Assembly (NCBI GenBank): GCA_044229655.1
Contig: JBGASM010000013.1
Coordinates: forward strand, 45 to 64,044
Origin: Phycisphaerales bacterium
GTDB lineage: Bacteria > Planctomycetota > Phycisphaerae > Phycisphaerales > UBA5793
DNA length: 64,000 bases
Direction of reading: 5' to 3'
The notes beneath the pieces were generated by a model. It worked only from the letters and a program-made list of their open reading frames with translations, made no database searches and was not told the origin of the DNA. Positions 46,309-57,314 of the stretch are shown piece by piece. The translations under genes were made by a program, and so were the position numbers. The first letter of the stretch is position 1. Each line of letters opens with the position of its first letter.

Positions 46309-47569
46309 GTCGTAGTGCCTCGATTGGATCCAGACGCGACGCCTTGATGGCGGGGAACATTCCGAAGATGATGCCGACGGCGGCGGAGAAGCCGAAGGAG
46401 AGCGCGACCGCGGCGGGGGGAATCATGGCTTTGGAGAGTCCGGCGCCGGGAATCTTGGCCATGCCTTGCGTGAGACTCCAGCCCAGCAGCAGGCCGAGGA
46501 GCCCGCCCAGAAGACAGAGCATGACGGCCTCGACAAGGAACTGGAGCAGGATGGCGGAGGGCTTGGCGCCGACGGCCTTGCGGAGGCCGATCTCGCGGGT
46601 GCGTTCGGAGACAGAGACGAGCATGATGTTCATGATGCCGATGCCGCCGACAAGGAGGGAGACGGCGACGACGCCGCCGGCGACGGTGGTGATGGCCTTG
46701 GACATGCGGTCGAACTGCTCGAGGTACTGCTGAATGACCTCAACCTGAAAGGTGTCGGGATCGCCGGGGCGGATGTTGCGCTTATTGCGGAAGAAGAAGC
46801 GAAGTTCTGCGGCGGCTTCCTGGGTGACTTCGGGAGTCTTGGCGGAAGCGATGACGTAGATGAAGTTCTGCTGGATTTTCCAGGAGGTGGAGAAGGGGAT
46901 GAAGATCTCGTTGTTGTTGGAACTGTTGCCGCCGAACATGGCGGAGTTGGCGCGGGTTTCGAGGACGCCGACGATGAGGAAGCGGCGGCCGTCGATGAGG
47001 ATGGATTCGCCGACGCAGTCGAGGTCAAGTTGAAGTTTGTCGCGGGCGGCTTCGTTGATGATGCAGACCTGGCGGGCTTCGGTCTCGTCGATGACGTCGA
47101 AGGGGCGGCCGATGGTGACGGAGCGGTTTTCGATCTTGTGCCAGGCGGGCTCGATGCCGTTGATGGCGCAGAAGTCGATGGCCTTGCTGCCGGCCTCGGC
47201 GCGAAGGGTCATCTCGGTCATGCGGGTGAAGCCCTCGACGGAGGGGCAGTGATCAAGGAGTCCGTCGGTCTGCTCGGGCCAGATGCGGATCTGGCGCCAG
47301 GAGGCGTTGGCCATGGGGCCGGTGTCGGGGCGATCGGGCCAGACGTACATTTTCTTGGTGCCGAAGGTTTCGAACTCGCTGAGGACGTTGGTGCGCAGGC
47401 CGGTGAGGGCGGCGACGACGGCAGTGACGGAGGCGACGCCGATGATGATGCCCAGGGTGGTGAGGAAGGAGCGCATCTTGTTGGCCCAGATCTGGCCGAT
47501 GGCCAGGAACGTGCTGAGATAACAGAGGCGCATGAAGTTGAAAGGTGCGGCGAGGATGGTGGCGATCAT
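46301..47569 (-). CDS. MacB/FtsX-like ABC permease
   Basis: NKMRSFLTTLGIIIGV, VGGIGIMNIMLVSVSERTREIGLRKAVGA, PAIKASRLDPIEALRHE. Confidence 0.96.
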   Translation of the reverse strand: MIATILAAPFNFMRLCYLSTFLAIGQIWANKMRSFLTTLGIIIGVASVTAVVAALTGLRTNVLSEFETFGTKKMYVWPDRPDTGPMANASWRQIRIWPEQTDGLLDHCPSVEGFTRMTEMTLRAEAGSKAIDFCAINGIEPAWHKIENRSVTIGRPFDVIDETEARQVCIINEAARDKLQLDLDCVGESILIDGRRFLIVGVLETRANSAMFGGNSSNNNEIFIPFSTSWKIQQNFIYVIASAKTPEVTQEAAAELRFFFRNKRNIRPGDPDTFQVEVIQQYLEQFDRMSKAITTVAGGVVAVSLLVGGIGIMNIMLVSVSERTREIGLRKAVGAKPSAILLQFLVEAVMLCLLGGLLGLLLGWSLTQGMAKIPGAGLSKAMIPPAAVALSFGFSAAVGIIFGMFPAIKASRLDPIEALRHE

Positions 47570-48408
47570 GGGCGATCCTTTCCGCCGGCGGGGACAGGAG
47601 CGGAGTGGGCCGGGCCGGGGGCAGGTTCGGTGAGGGCGGCGAATGAGGCTTTGAGTTTCATGGGGCCTGCGCCGGCCCCGCCTGCGGCCGCGGCGGCAGC
47701 GGCGTTGGCGGCGCGCATGACCGCGTCTTTGTCAGTGGGCGTGTCGGAGAGGACGGTGCCGTCCTTCATGCGGATGATGCGGTGGGCGTGGCGGGCGACA
47801 TCTTCCTCGTGGGTGACGATGATGATGGTCTGGCCCTCGGCGTGAAGTTGATCGAAGAGGGCGAGAATTTCGGAGGTGGTCTTGGAATCAAGATTGCCGG
47901 TGGGTTCATCGGCCAGGAGGATGGCGGGGTGGTTGATGAGGGCGCGGGCAATGGCGACGCGCTGCTTCTGACCGCCGGAGAGTTGATTGGGCTTGTGGTG
48001 CACACGGCCGGAGAGGCCGACGCGGTCGAGGGCTTCGCGGGCGAGTTTTCTGCGGACGAGGAACTTGGAGGGTGAGTAGACGAGGGGGAGTTCGACGTTG
48101 CGCAGGGCGGTGAGGCGGGGCATGAGTTCGAAGGACTGGAAGACGAAGCCGATGCGTTCGTTGCGGACGGAGGCGAGGGCGCGGGCGCCCATCTTGGTGA
48201 CGTTGCGGCCGTCGAGTTCGTAGACGCCGGAGGTGGCGCGATCGAGGCAGCCGAGGATGTTCATGAGGGTGCTTTTGCCGGAGCCGGAAGCCCCCATGAT
48301 GGCGACGTATTCGTTTTTCGAGATGGACAGGCTGACACCGTCGAGGGCGCGGATCTGCTCGACGCCGACGGTGTAGTGCTTCTTGATGTTTGAGAGCCGG
48401 ATGATCAC
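47566..48408 (-). CDS. MacB/LolD-like ABC ATP-binding protein
   Basis: GASGSGKST, IGFVFQSF, LSGGQKQRVAIARAL, LADEPTGNLD. Confidence 0.96.
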   Translation of the reverse strand: MIIRLSNIKKHYTVGVEQIRALDGVSLSISKNEYVAIMGASGSGKSTLMNILGCLDRATSGVYELDGRNVTKMGARALASVRNERIGFVFQSFELMPRLTALRNVELPLVYSPSKFLVRRKLAREALDRVGLSGRVHHKPNQLSGGQKQRVAIARALINHPAILLADEPTGNLDSKTTSEILALFDQLHAEGQTIIIVTHEEDVARHAHRIIRMKDGTVLSDTPTDKDAVMRAANAAAAAAAGGAGAGPMKLKASFAALTEPAPGPAHSAPVPAGGKDRP

Positions 48409-48462
48409 GCGAGGTGGTTCTTTCGGGCGGAGGCGGGGGCGGGGGCGAGAGGCGAGGACGGG

Positions 48463-49881
48463 TCAGCCGCCAGCAGCGGGCTGCGCAGCGGGAGCCTTGT
48501 CAGCCTTTTCCTTGTCTTCCTTGGCCTTGCGCTCAGCCTGGGCGATTTTCTCATCCTTGACGGCGTCCTCGTGTTTGATGCTTTCGAGGACCTTGTATGG
48601 GCCGGTGATGACAATGTCTTCGGGGGCGAGGCCGGCGGAGATGATGGTGTGGGTGAGGCTGCTGGCGCCGGTGGTTACGGGCGTGACGACGGCCTTGTCG
48701 CCGACCATGCGATAGACGACGGTGGTGAAGGTTTTGTCGAGGGCGACTTCAGGGAGGGTGCGCAGGTCGGCGGGGAGTTCATCGACCTTGCGGGCGACGA
48801 CGCACTGGCTGGGGACCTGCATGACCTGAGTGTGGCGACGGGTTTCGATTTCGACATCGGCGGTGAGGCCGGAGTAAATGCGGCGGCCCTTGGTGTCGAG
48901 AAGGATTTCGGTTTTGTAGAACTTGTTGCCGTCGTTGGAGGTGGTGTCCTGAAGGGCGATGGTGTCGACGATGCCGGTGAAGATCTCGTCGGGATAGGCA
49001 TTGATGCGGACGCGGGCGGTCTGTCCGACCTCGAGTTTGCCGACGTCGGTTTCGTCAGTCTGGGCGACAAAGAGCATGGTGTTGAGGTCGGCGACTTCGA
49101 GGATGACGGTGCCGGCGTTATTCATGGTGCCGGTGACGACGAGTTCGCCGACTTCGGCGTTGAGCTTGGTGAGGACGCCGTCGATGGGGGAGACGATGGT
49201 GGTGTAGGAGAGTTCCTCGCGGGCCTGGGCGATCTGGGCGTCGGCGGCTTCGAGGTTGTGCTGCATGACGACGAGTTGGAGTTCCTGGCTGGCGAGGCTC
49301 TGCCTAGCGCCATCAAGTTGTGCGGCGAGCTGGTCAGCGCGGGCGCGGGCGGAGTCGACGACGGACTGAGCGACGTCGCGAGTGGCCAGCAGGGTGTTCT
49401 GACGTTCGAGGTTGAGGTTCGCTTCGGTGACGTCGGCGATGATGGAGGCGATCTGGGCTTTCTGGCCCTGGATCTGGGCGCGTTGCACCTCGATGCTGGC
49501 GGCGTCGGCAGCGCGGCGGGCCTCGGTGGCATCGAGGGCGGCGCGAAGGTCGGAGTCGTCCAGGCGGACCAGGACGGAAGGCTCGACGGGGGGATTGGCG
49601 TCCGGGTTGCCCTTGGTGACAGTGGCACCTTCCTTAAAAGGCAGTTCGATGATGCGGGCGGTGGTGCGGGCGCTGATTTCGACCTTGGTTTTGGGTTCGA
49701 TGATGCCCTTGGCGCGGACGACTTCAACGAGGTCGGAGGTCGTGGGCTGTTCGAGGCGAACCTCGGCGGGGGGCGGCTTGGGCATGCTGGCGCGGATTTT
49801 CTCAACCGCAGCGGGGCCCAGGAAGGCGGCGGCGGCGAGGAGGCCGACAATGACGACCAGAGAGATGATGATTTTGTTCAC
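48463..49881 (-). CDS. MacA-like periplasmic adaptor (membrane fusion protein)
   Basis: GTG start, N-terminal anchor, coiled-coil hairpin, TTIVSPIDG, GELVVTGTMNN, DETDVG. Confidence 0.93.
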   Translation of the reverse strand: MNKIIISLVVIVGLLAAAAFLGPAAVEKIRASMPKPPPAEVRLEQPTTSDLVEVVRAKGIIEPKTKVEISARTTARIIELPFKEGATVTKGNPDANPPVEPSVLVRLDDSDLRAALDATEARRAADAASIEVQRAQIQGQKAQIASIIADVTEANLNLERQNTLLATRDVAQSVVDSARARADQLAAQLDGARQSLASQELQLVVMQHNLEAADAQIAQAREELSYTTIVSPIDGVLTKLNAEVGELVVTGTMNNAGTVILEVADLNTMLFVAQTDETDVGKLEVGQTARVRINAYPDEIFTGIVDTIALQDTTSNDGNKFYKTEILLDTKGRRIYSGLTADVEIETRRHTQVMQVPSQCVVARKVDELPADLRTLPEVALDKTFTTVVYRMVGDKAVVTPVTTGASSLTHTIISAGLAPEDIVITGPYKVLESIKHEDAVKDEKIAQAERKAKEDKEKADKAPAAQPAAGG

Positions 49882-50166
49882 GGGATGGAGTCCGGGCGTA
49901 GAGTGCAAAGGGCGAGCGCGCGGCCGGTGGCCTGAGCGCGCGGAAAACCTGATTCTAGAGGGAATCGGCGTGGAGGCGTGGGAGCGCGATCGTGGCGCAG
50001 CCGACCAAACCCCAACCAGACACCTCGAGCGGGACACTGGAAGTTCCCGGCGGGGGCACTTCCAGTCAGCGCAATGGTGTTATTGGGAAGGAGGGTGGAA
50101 AGTTGCGTTGGAGCGGCGTGGCGCTCGCGCGGAGGGACTGGGACGGGCTGGCTAGGAAGCCTACGC

Positions 50167-51750
<1,584 letters not shown>

Positions 51751-51773
51751 GGCCGGAACGACATGTCGATGAG

Positions 51774-51806
51774 AAAAGCCCGCCATCAGGTCTTGGCGGG
51801 CTTTTT
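51774..51806. terminator. Bidirectional terminator
   Basis: AAAAGCCCGCCA-tcaggtct-TGGCGGGCTTTT between convergent genes. Confidence 0.88.
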
Positions 51807-51836
51807 GCTTAATCAGGAGGCTGGACGGGGCGCGGG

Positions 51837-52598
51837 TTACGGACAGCGCTCGTAATTGTGCGTGGAGTTGCATCCGCTGCACTCGGAGGTGTCCGGGCTG
51901 GCGAGGAACTCGCAGATGAGCGTCTCGCAGTCGGCCTTATAGATTTTCATGGTGACACGCTGAGTTCCCCAGCCGGGGCAGGTGTCGGTCTGGTTCACGC
52001 AGCGGACGCAGATCGTGTCGCCGTTGAGAATGCCGAGGGCGGAGCAATCCGCGAGCGCGGTGTACTGGCAGAATGGGCCGGCGGAGATGCCGCCGCCGAT
52101 AGCGGGTAGGGCAACTCTGACGACGGTGTCGCCGATGGTGACGCGGTTGCTCTTGGTGCACAGGGGGACTTCGACGGCCTGAGCGAGGACAGAACCGCAG
52201 GCACCGGCGGGGACGAAGCCAGAGATGGATGCAGTGCCGAAGACGTCAGCGGTGGCGACGCCGGCGAGGGCGGCGCCGGCGATCTCGACGGAGAGACCGG
52301 GGCAGGGGCCGACTGGGGTTGAGCCGGGTGTGAAGCCGTAGGCGAAGCCGACACGAGCGCCGGGAGTGGCGCCGGTAGCGGTGAGGGTGATGATGCCTGG
52401 GCAGGCGCCGGTGGAAGTGAGGACGAGTGCGGAGGGGGATTCCGGGCCCGCATCGACGAAGAACGGGTCATCGGACTGCTCGACCTGGGCGAGCGCGGTG
52501 CGCGGGGCAAAAGCGATGCAGGCCACGAGGGTGAGAAAGGCGCAGAGAAGGATGGGAGATCTGCGTTGAGAACGGAAAAGGGATGACGAGCCGAACAT
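51837..52598 (-). CDS. Secreted Cys-rich protein carrying the shared ~100-aa module
   Basis: GGAGGTG SD; signal ending ALA-Q; GACPG...TGATPG...AQAV...TKSN module then a domain with 10 Cys. Confidence 0.8.
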   Translation of the reverse strand: MFGSSSLFRSQRRSPILLCAFLTLVACIAFAPRTALAQVEQSDDPFFVDAGPESPSALVLTSTGACPGIITLTATGATPGARVGFAYGFTPGSTPVGPCPGLSVEIAGAALAGVATADVFGTASISGFVPAGACGSVLAQAVEVPLCTKSNRVTIGDTVVRVALPAIGGGISAGPFCQYTALADCSALGILNGDTICVRCVNQTDTCPGWGTQRVTMKIYKADCETLICEFLASPDTSECSGCNSTHNYERCP

Positions 52599-53113
52599 TG
52601 TTCACCTCCAACTTGGTTAGTCCGCCTCGCCACGGTGGTGCGCCCGGCAGCGGGCCTGAAACGATCGGGCGCCGCGGGCCAAGCGCAGGCCGTGGCTGGA
52701 ATCGGCACGATGTACGGAAGGTGCGCAAGCGTGAGGCGGGGCGTGACGACGTCGGAAGGGACGAGGATGCGCGCCGCGTCGATGGGAGCACTCGGGCCAG
52801 TGGGGATACGCGCGGGAGCGGATCGGGGGGGGGCGGCCCGGTGCGGTGAGATGGGAAATTCAGGGCCGGCAATGGGCCGGCGGGGTGAATCTCCGGAGGA
52901 CTATACCGGAGAAGTGGAGTTGAGGCGCGGAACGCCGCGTTGCCGGGCAAGGCGCTGGTGGGATTGCGTGCAAGAGGGGCGGGGAGGAATCGAACTTTCC
53001 GGAGTTGGGGCTATCATGGCCCCTTCGTTTTCAGCCTTGGTTTCGTCGGAATTTCCACTGATTCCATCGCTTTCTTCCCAATCCCCCTGGTCGCTTTTTT
53101 TGGATACCTCACT

Positions 53114-53857
53114 ATGGCAATGCCTGGAAACACCGCCGGCCGGTCCGGTCCGAATTTTGTTGTACTTGGTCTCGCGGGCGTCGCGCTGCTGTTCTTTCTC
53201 CTGTTTGCAATGGCGCGGTTCCGGAGCACGGACAACGTGGCGTTCAGTTGGACCGGGGGCTGGGATATCAGCCAGGCGGGGAAGGATGCGATCAAGAACG
53301 CCGAGGATGCGGCGATGAAGGCGAATCAGGATCTGTCGACTGCGCAAGGTGATGCGCAGCGGCTGCAGCAGCGACTTACGGATGTGCAGCGGACCAGCAT
53401 CATGATCTCGGATCTGCCGCGGGAGATTCAAGCAGCGACGCCTGCGGAGGTGCGCACGAAACTGGCGGAACTCACCAAGGTGGCAAGCACGCCGGTGAGC
53501 GCGGACTCGGGATCGTCATTTGCGATCGTCGGCCAGATCGTCGCGGCGGGATCAATTGACACGAAACTGCCGACGGACAAGGCGCCGCAGCGTCGGCTGG
53601 TGTACATTGCGCTGCAGAACTGCCTGCAGGCGATCGGCGCGTACACGGGACCGATCAACGGGGACCAGGCGGCGACGAACAAGGCGGTGGCGGCGTTCCA
53701 GGCGGCCAACAAACTGACGGCCGACGGCGTGGTGGGCAAAAAGACGTGGGCGGCGGTGATGGCCAAGAAGAATCCGGGCGCAGCGCCGGTGACCAATCCG
53801 CCGGCGGGCAGCAAGCCCGCGACGGACCCGAAGAAGCCGGGCGGCAACGGCGGCTGA
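53114..53857 (+). CDS. Membrane-anchored peptidoglycan-binding (PG_binding_1) protein
   Basis: N-terminal TM, coiled coil, LQNCLQAIG...GPINGD...AVAAFQAANKLTADGVVGKKTW. Confidence 0.85.
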   Translation: MAMPGNTAGRSGPNFVVLGLAGVALLFFLLFAMARFRSTDNVAFSWTGGWDISQAGKDAIKNAEDAAMKANQDLSTAQGDAQRLQQRLTDVQRTSIMISDLPREIQAATPAEVRTKLAELTKVASTPVSADSGSSFAIVGQIVAAGSIDTKLPTDKAPQRRLVYIALQNCLQAIGAYTGPINGDQAATNKAVAAFQAANKLTADGVVGKKTWAAVMAKKNPGAAPVTNPPAGSKPATDPKKPGGNGG

Positions 53858-53886
53858 GCGGGGTATTTCATCAGAGGATTGCACAG

Positions 53887-53916
53887 GCCCACGGAGTCAT
53901 TCCGTGGGCTTTCTTA
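53887..53916 (+). terminator. Rho-independent terminator
   Basis: GCCCACGGA-gtcat-TCCGTGGGC plus TTTCTT. Confidence 0.8.
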
Positions 53917-53960
53917 TTGGTGAAAACGGATGGACGTTGTGAGTACCATTGCGGACCACC

Positions 53961-55271
53961 ATGCCTTACGACCTGAAGAAAGCGGATGATGCGACCGCGC
54001 CATTTGATGTGGATGTGGAGTCGCTGGACTACCTGAAGGACCACCTGGACACGGGTGACCGGTGGGTGCTGAACTTCGGGCCGCAGCATCCGGCGACGCA
54101 CACGACGCTGCGGCTGGTCTTGGAACTGGATGGTGAACGCATTGCGCGGTGCACGCCGCATATCGGGTACCTGCACTCGGGTTTTGAGAAGCTGGCGGAG
54201 CACCACGACTACAACCAGTACGTGACGGTGGTGTCGCGGATGAACTACATCTCGCCGATCGCCAACGACATCGCCTGGCATCATGCGGTGGAGAAGTTAT
54301 TCGGGATCGAGCTCACGCCCCGGTGCAAGGTGTTGCGGACGATCATGGCGGAGCTGGCGCGCATCCAGGATCACCTGCTGTGCGTGGGGGCGGCAGCGCT
54401 GGACCTGGGGGCGTTCACGGGGTTCCTGTACGGGTTCAACGAGCGTGAGCGGATTTATGACATCTGCGATTACATCGCGGGGCAGCGGTTTCACCCGGAC
54501 TGGACGCGCGTGGGCGGGCTGATGCGCGACCTGCCGGATGAAGAGACCTTCAAGACGATGGTGAAGAACTTCATCGAGAAGGACCTCCCCCCTGCCTTGA
54601 ACGACATCGAGACGCTGCTCAACAAGAACCGCATATTCCTGGATCGGACGCAGGGGATCGGCGTGCTCACGAAGGAGGAGGCGATCGCATGGTCGGCGTC
54701 GGGGCCCATCGCGCGGGCCTCGGGCGTGAAGCGCGATGTGCGGAAGGATGAGCCGTACCTGTGCTACGCGGACAACTGGGATGGGAAGGGCAGCGAGGCG
54801 GTGAAGTTCAAGGTGCCGATCATGACGGAGGGGGACTGTTTTGCGCGGTACTTTGTGCGCGTGGAAGAGATCAAGCAGTCGCGTGCGATCGTGCAGCAGC
54901 TCATCGACCGGATTCCGGGCGGGCCGGTGAATTTGTATGGCGCGGAGGGGGCGGGCAAGGATGTGAAGCCTGAGAAGGCGCAGGTGTACGGATCGATCGA
55001 GGGGCTGATCCAGCACTTTGAGCTCATCATGACCAACCGGGGGTTTGATGCGCCGGTGGCGGAGATGTACGCGTGCCAGGAGACGGCCAACGGGGAACTG
55101 GGGTATTACATCGTGGGGGATGGAGGCAGGAGCGCGTGGCGGGCGCGGACGAGGCCGCCATCGTTTATTCATTTCCAGTTGATGCCCAAACTCATTGAGG
55201 GGCACATGCTGGCGGACAGTCCGGCGGTGCTGGGGAGCCTGAACATCATCGCGGCGGAGTTGGATCGGTAA
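53961..55271 (+). CDS. nuoD: NADH-quinone oxidoreductase subunit D
   Basis: LNFGPQHPATHTTLRL, IGYLHSGFEK, AELARIQDH, RVGG, RTRPPSF, C-terminal IIAAELDR; no NiFe CxxC motifs. Confidence 0.93.
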   Translation: MPYDLKKADDATAPFDVDVESLDYLKDHLDTGDRWVLNFGPQHPATHTTLRLVLELDGERIARCTPHIGYLHSGFEKLAEHHDYNQYVTVVSRMNYISPIANDIAWHHAVEKLFGIELTPRCKVLRTIMAELARIQDHLLCVGAAALDLGAFTGFLYGFNERERIYDICDYIAGQRFHPDWTRVGGLMRDLPDEETFKTMVKNFIEKDLPPALNDIETLLNKNRIFLDRTQGIGVLTKEEAIAWSASGPIARASGVKRDVRKDEPYLCYADNWDGKGSEAVKFKVPIMTEGDCFARYFVRVEEIKQSRAIVQQLIDRIPGGPVNLYGAEGAGKDVKPEKAQVYGSIEGLIQHFELIMTNRGFDAPVAEMYACQETANGELGYYIVGDGGRSAWRARTRPPSFIHFQLMPKLIEGHMLADSPAVLGSLNIIAAELDR

Positions 55272-55313
55272 GGGTGGGGGTGGGGGATGTATCGATTCAG
55301 GCAGAAATGAGAA

Positions 55314-55345
55314 AGCCCGCGGATGCAAGTCCACGGGCTCTTTTT
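55314..55345. terminator. Bidirectional terminator
   Basis: AGCCCGCGGA-tgcaag-TCCACGGGCT plus CTTTTT; GAAA on the 5' side. Confidence 0.75.
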
Positions 55346-55368
55346 ATTGGCAAGGCGGCGAAAGTACC

Positions 55369-56028
55369 TTACTGATCAGACTTCTTCTGAGCGAGGGCGG
55401 CCTCGATGGCTTTGACGACCTCTTCGGAGTCGGGTTTGGTCCTCGGCTCGAAGCGGTTGATGAGAGCGCCGTCGCGGCTCACCAGGAACTTGGTGAAGTT
55501 CCACTGGATCTCGCCGGGGAACTTGGGGTTGGTTTCCTTGGAGACGAGGAACTTGTAGAGGGGGGCCTGGGCGGGGTCATTGGCGCCTTCGGGTGCAGGG
55601 CGCGGGGTCTTGACGGTGACCTTGGAGAAGAGTGGGAAGGTGACCTTGTACTGCTCGCTGCAGAACTTCTTGATGTCTTCGGCTGAGCCGGGCTCCTGAC
55701 CGTTGAAGTCATTGCAGGGGAAGGCGAGGATGATGAAGCCCTGGTCCTTGTACTTTTCGTAGAGGGATTCGAGGGCAGCGTATTGGGTGGTGAGGCCGCA
55801 CTTGCTGGCGACGTTGACGATCATGACGACCTTGCCGTGGTACTGGGCGAGGTTGACGGGTTTGCCGTCGATATCACTGACCGTGAAATTGAGGGCGGCG
55901 GGGACGGCCTGTGTCTGGGAGGGGGTTGCAGGCTGGGCAGGCGGCTCAGCGGCGGAGATGCAGAAGGCGGCGAGAGTGAGGAGGCCGGCGGAGGAGATGG
56001 CCAAGAGGGGGGAGGGAAGGTGAAGCAT
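55369..56028 (-). CDS. Glutathione peroxidase family protein (Cys-type, exported)
   Basis: VNVASKCGLT, AFPCNDFNGQEPG, IQWNFTKFLV; N-terminal signal. Confidence 0.95.
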   Translation of the reverse strand: MLHLPSPLLAISSAGLLTLAAFCISAAEPPAQPATPSQTQAVPAALNFTVSDIDGKPVNLAQYHGKVVMIVNVASKCGLTTQYAALESLYEKYKDQGFIILAFPCNDFNGQEPGSAEDIKKFCSEQYKVTFPLFSKVTVKTPRPAPEGANDPAQAPLYKFLVSKETNPKFPGEIQWNFTKFLVSRDGALINRFEPRTKPDSEEVVKAIEAALAQKKSDQ

Positions 56029-56160
56029 GGGTCAGGACTCCGAAAATGAGGTTTGGTAGAAGGAATGCTACACTTGCCGGGAGGGCACGAGGGTGCTGAG
56101 CGGGGGTGGGCGGAGGCGTGGGAGCAGGGGTGATGTGGGCCAGTAAGAAGGCGAAGGTCG

Positions 56161-57222
56161 ATGTCGCGGACGATGAGTGAATCCAACCTGAGTTCCTCGG
56201 ACCTGGCGGCCATGGCGGGTACGGCGGATGGGACGCCCAGCGTCATGGAGCAGCAGCGGCCGGACTTCGAGAAGCCGCTGTTTGGCTTAGAGGAGGAGAT
56301 CAAGGCGCTGGAGGGGCAGGAGGAGAGCGCTGAGCGGGACAAGCGGTTGGCGGGTCTCAAGGCGAAGCACACGCAGGAATTGCGGAAGATATACCAGGGG
56401 CTGACGGCGTGGGAGATTGTGAGCAGGGTGTCGCGACATCCGCGGCGGCCGCAATCGACGGATTACCTGTGCCGGATCTGCACGGACTTCTGCCAGTTGC
56501 ACGGGGACCGGCATTTCGGGGATGACCCGGCGATATTGACGGGGTTTGCGAAGATCGCGCAGCACAAGGTGATGATCGTGGCGCACCGCAAGGGGCGAAA
56601 CACGGAAGAGCGGGTGCAGTGTCACTTCGGGTGTGCGCATCCGGAGGGGTATCGCAAGGCTCTCAAGAACATGCGGCTGGCGGAGAAATTCGGGCTGCCG
56701 ATCGTGACGCTGGTGGACACGCAGGGGGCGTATCCGGGGATCGGAGCGGAGGAGCGCGGGCAGGCGGAGGCGATCGCGGTGAATCTGCGCGAGATGTCGC
56801 GGCTGCGGACGCCGATCCTGTCGATCATCATCGGGGAGGGCGGATCGGGCGGTGCGTTGGGGATCGCGGTGGCGGACCGGGTGGCGATGATGGAATTCGC
56901 GTGGTATTCGGTGATTTCGCCGGAGGGCTGCGCGGCGATCCTGTGGAAGCAGGCGAATCCGCAGACGAACGCGGCGGCGGCGGATGCGCTGCACCTGACG
57001 GCGAAGGAGAACGTGAAGCTGGGGATCGTGGATGAGGTGATCGAGGAACCTGCGGGCGGGGCGCACCGTGACCCGGAGGCGGCGGCCAAGGCGCTGCAGT
57101 CGTGGATCGTGAGCAATCTGCGGGATGTCAAGCGGCTGAAGGTGGAGAGCCTGGTGAAGAGCAGATATGAGCGGCTGCGGAAGATGGGCGTGTATGCCGT
57201 CGAGGCGGGCAAGAAGAATTGA
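56161..57222 (+). CDS. accA: Acetyl-CoA carboxylase carboxyltransferase alpha subunit
   Basis: DFEKPL, LHGDRHFGDD, PEGYRKA, GAYPGIGAEERGQ, GEGGSGGAL, YSVISPEGCA, GGAHRD. Start may be 56173 or later. Confidence 0.96.
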   Translation: MSRTMSESNLSSSDLAAMAGTADGTPSVMEQQRPDFEKPLFGLEEEIKALEGQEESAERDKRLAGLKAKHTQELRKIYQGLTAWEIVSRVSRHPRRPQSTDYLCRICTDFCQLHGDRHFGDDPAILTGFAKIAQHKVMIVAHRKGRNTEERVQCHFGCAHPEGYRKALKNMRLAEKFGLPIVTLVDTQGAYPGIGAEERGQAEAIAVNLREMSRLRTPILSIIIGEGGSGGALGIAVADRVAMMEFAWYSVISPEGCAAILWKQANPQTNAAAADALHLTAKENVKLGIVDEVIEEPAGGAHRDPEAAAKALQSWIVSNLRDVKRLKVESLVKSRYERLRKMGVYAVEAGKKN

Positions 57223-57252
57223 TGCCGGGCACGAGGTTGAGTGGAACATGAG

Positions 57253-57286
57253 AAAGACCTGCCGACGGCGGCAGGTCTTTGTGTTT
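57253..57286. terminator. Bidirectional terminator
   Basis: AAAGACCTGCCG-acgg-CGGCAGGTCTTT between convergent accA and the peroxiredoxin gene. Confidence 0.88.
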
Positions 57287-57314
57287 GCGGGAAACGTGAG
57301 GAGCGGCCCAAGCG

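Noticed and set aside
53961..55271. NiFe-hydrogenase large subunit
   Set aside because: Lacks both CxxC nickel-binding motifs and has NuoD signatures.
55790..55810. Selenocysteine in the glutathione peroxidase
   Set aside because: The active-site codon is TGC (Cys), not TGA.
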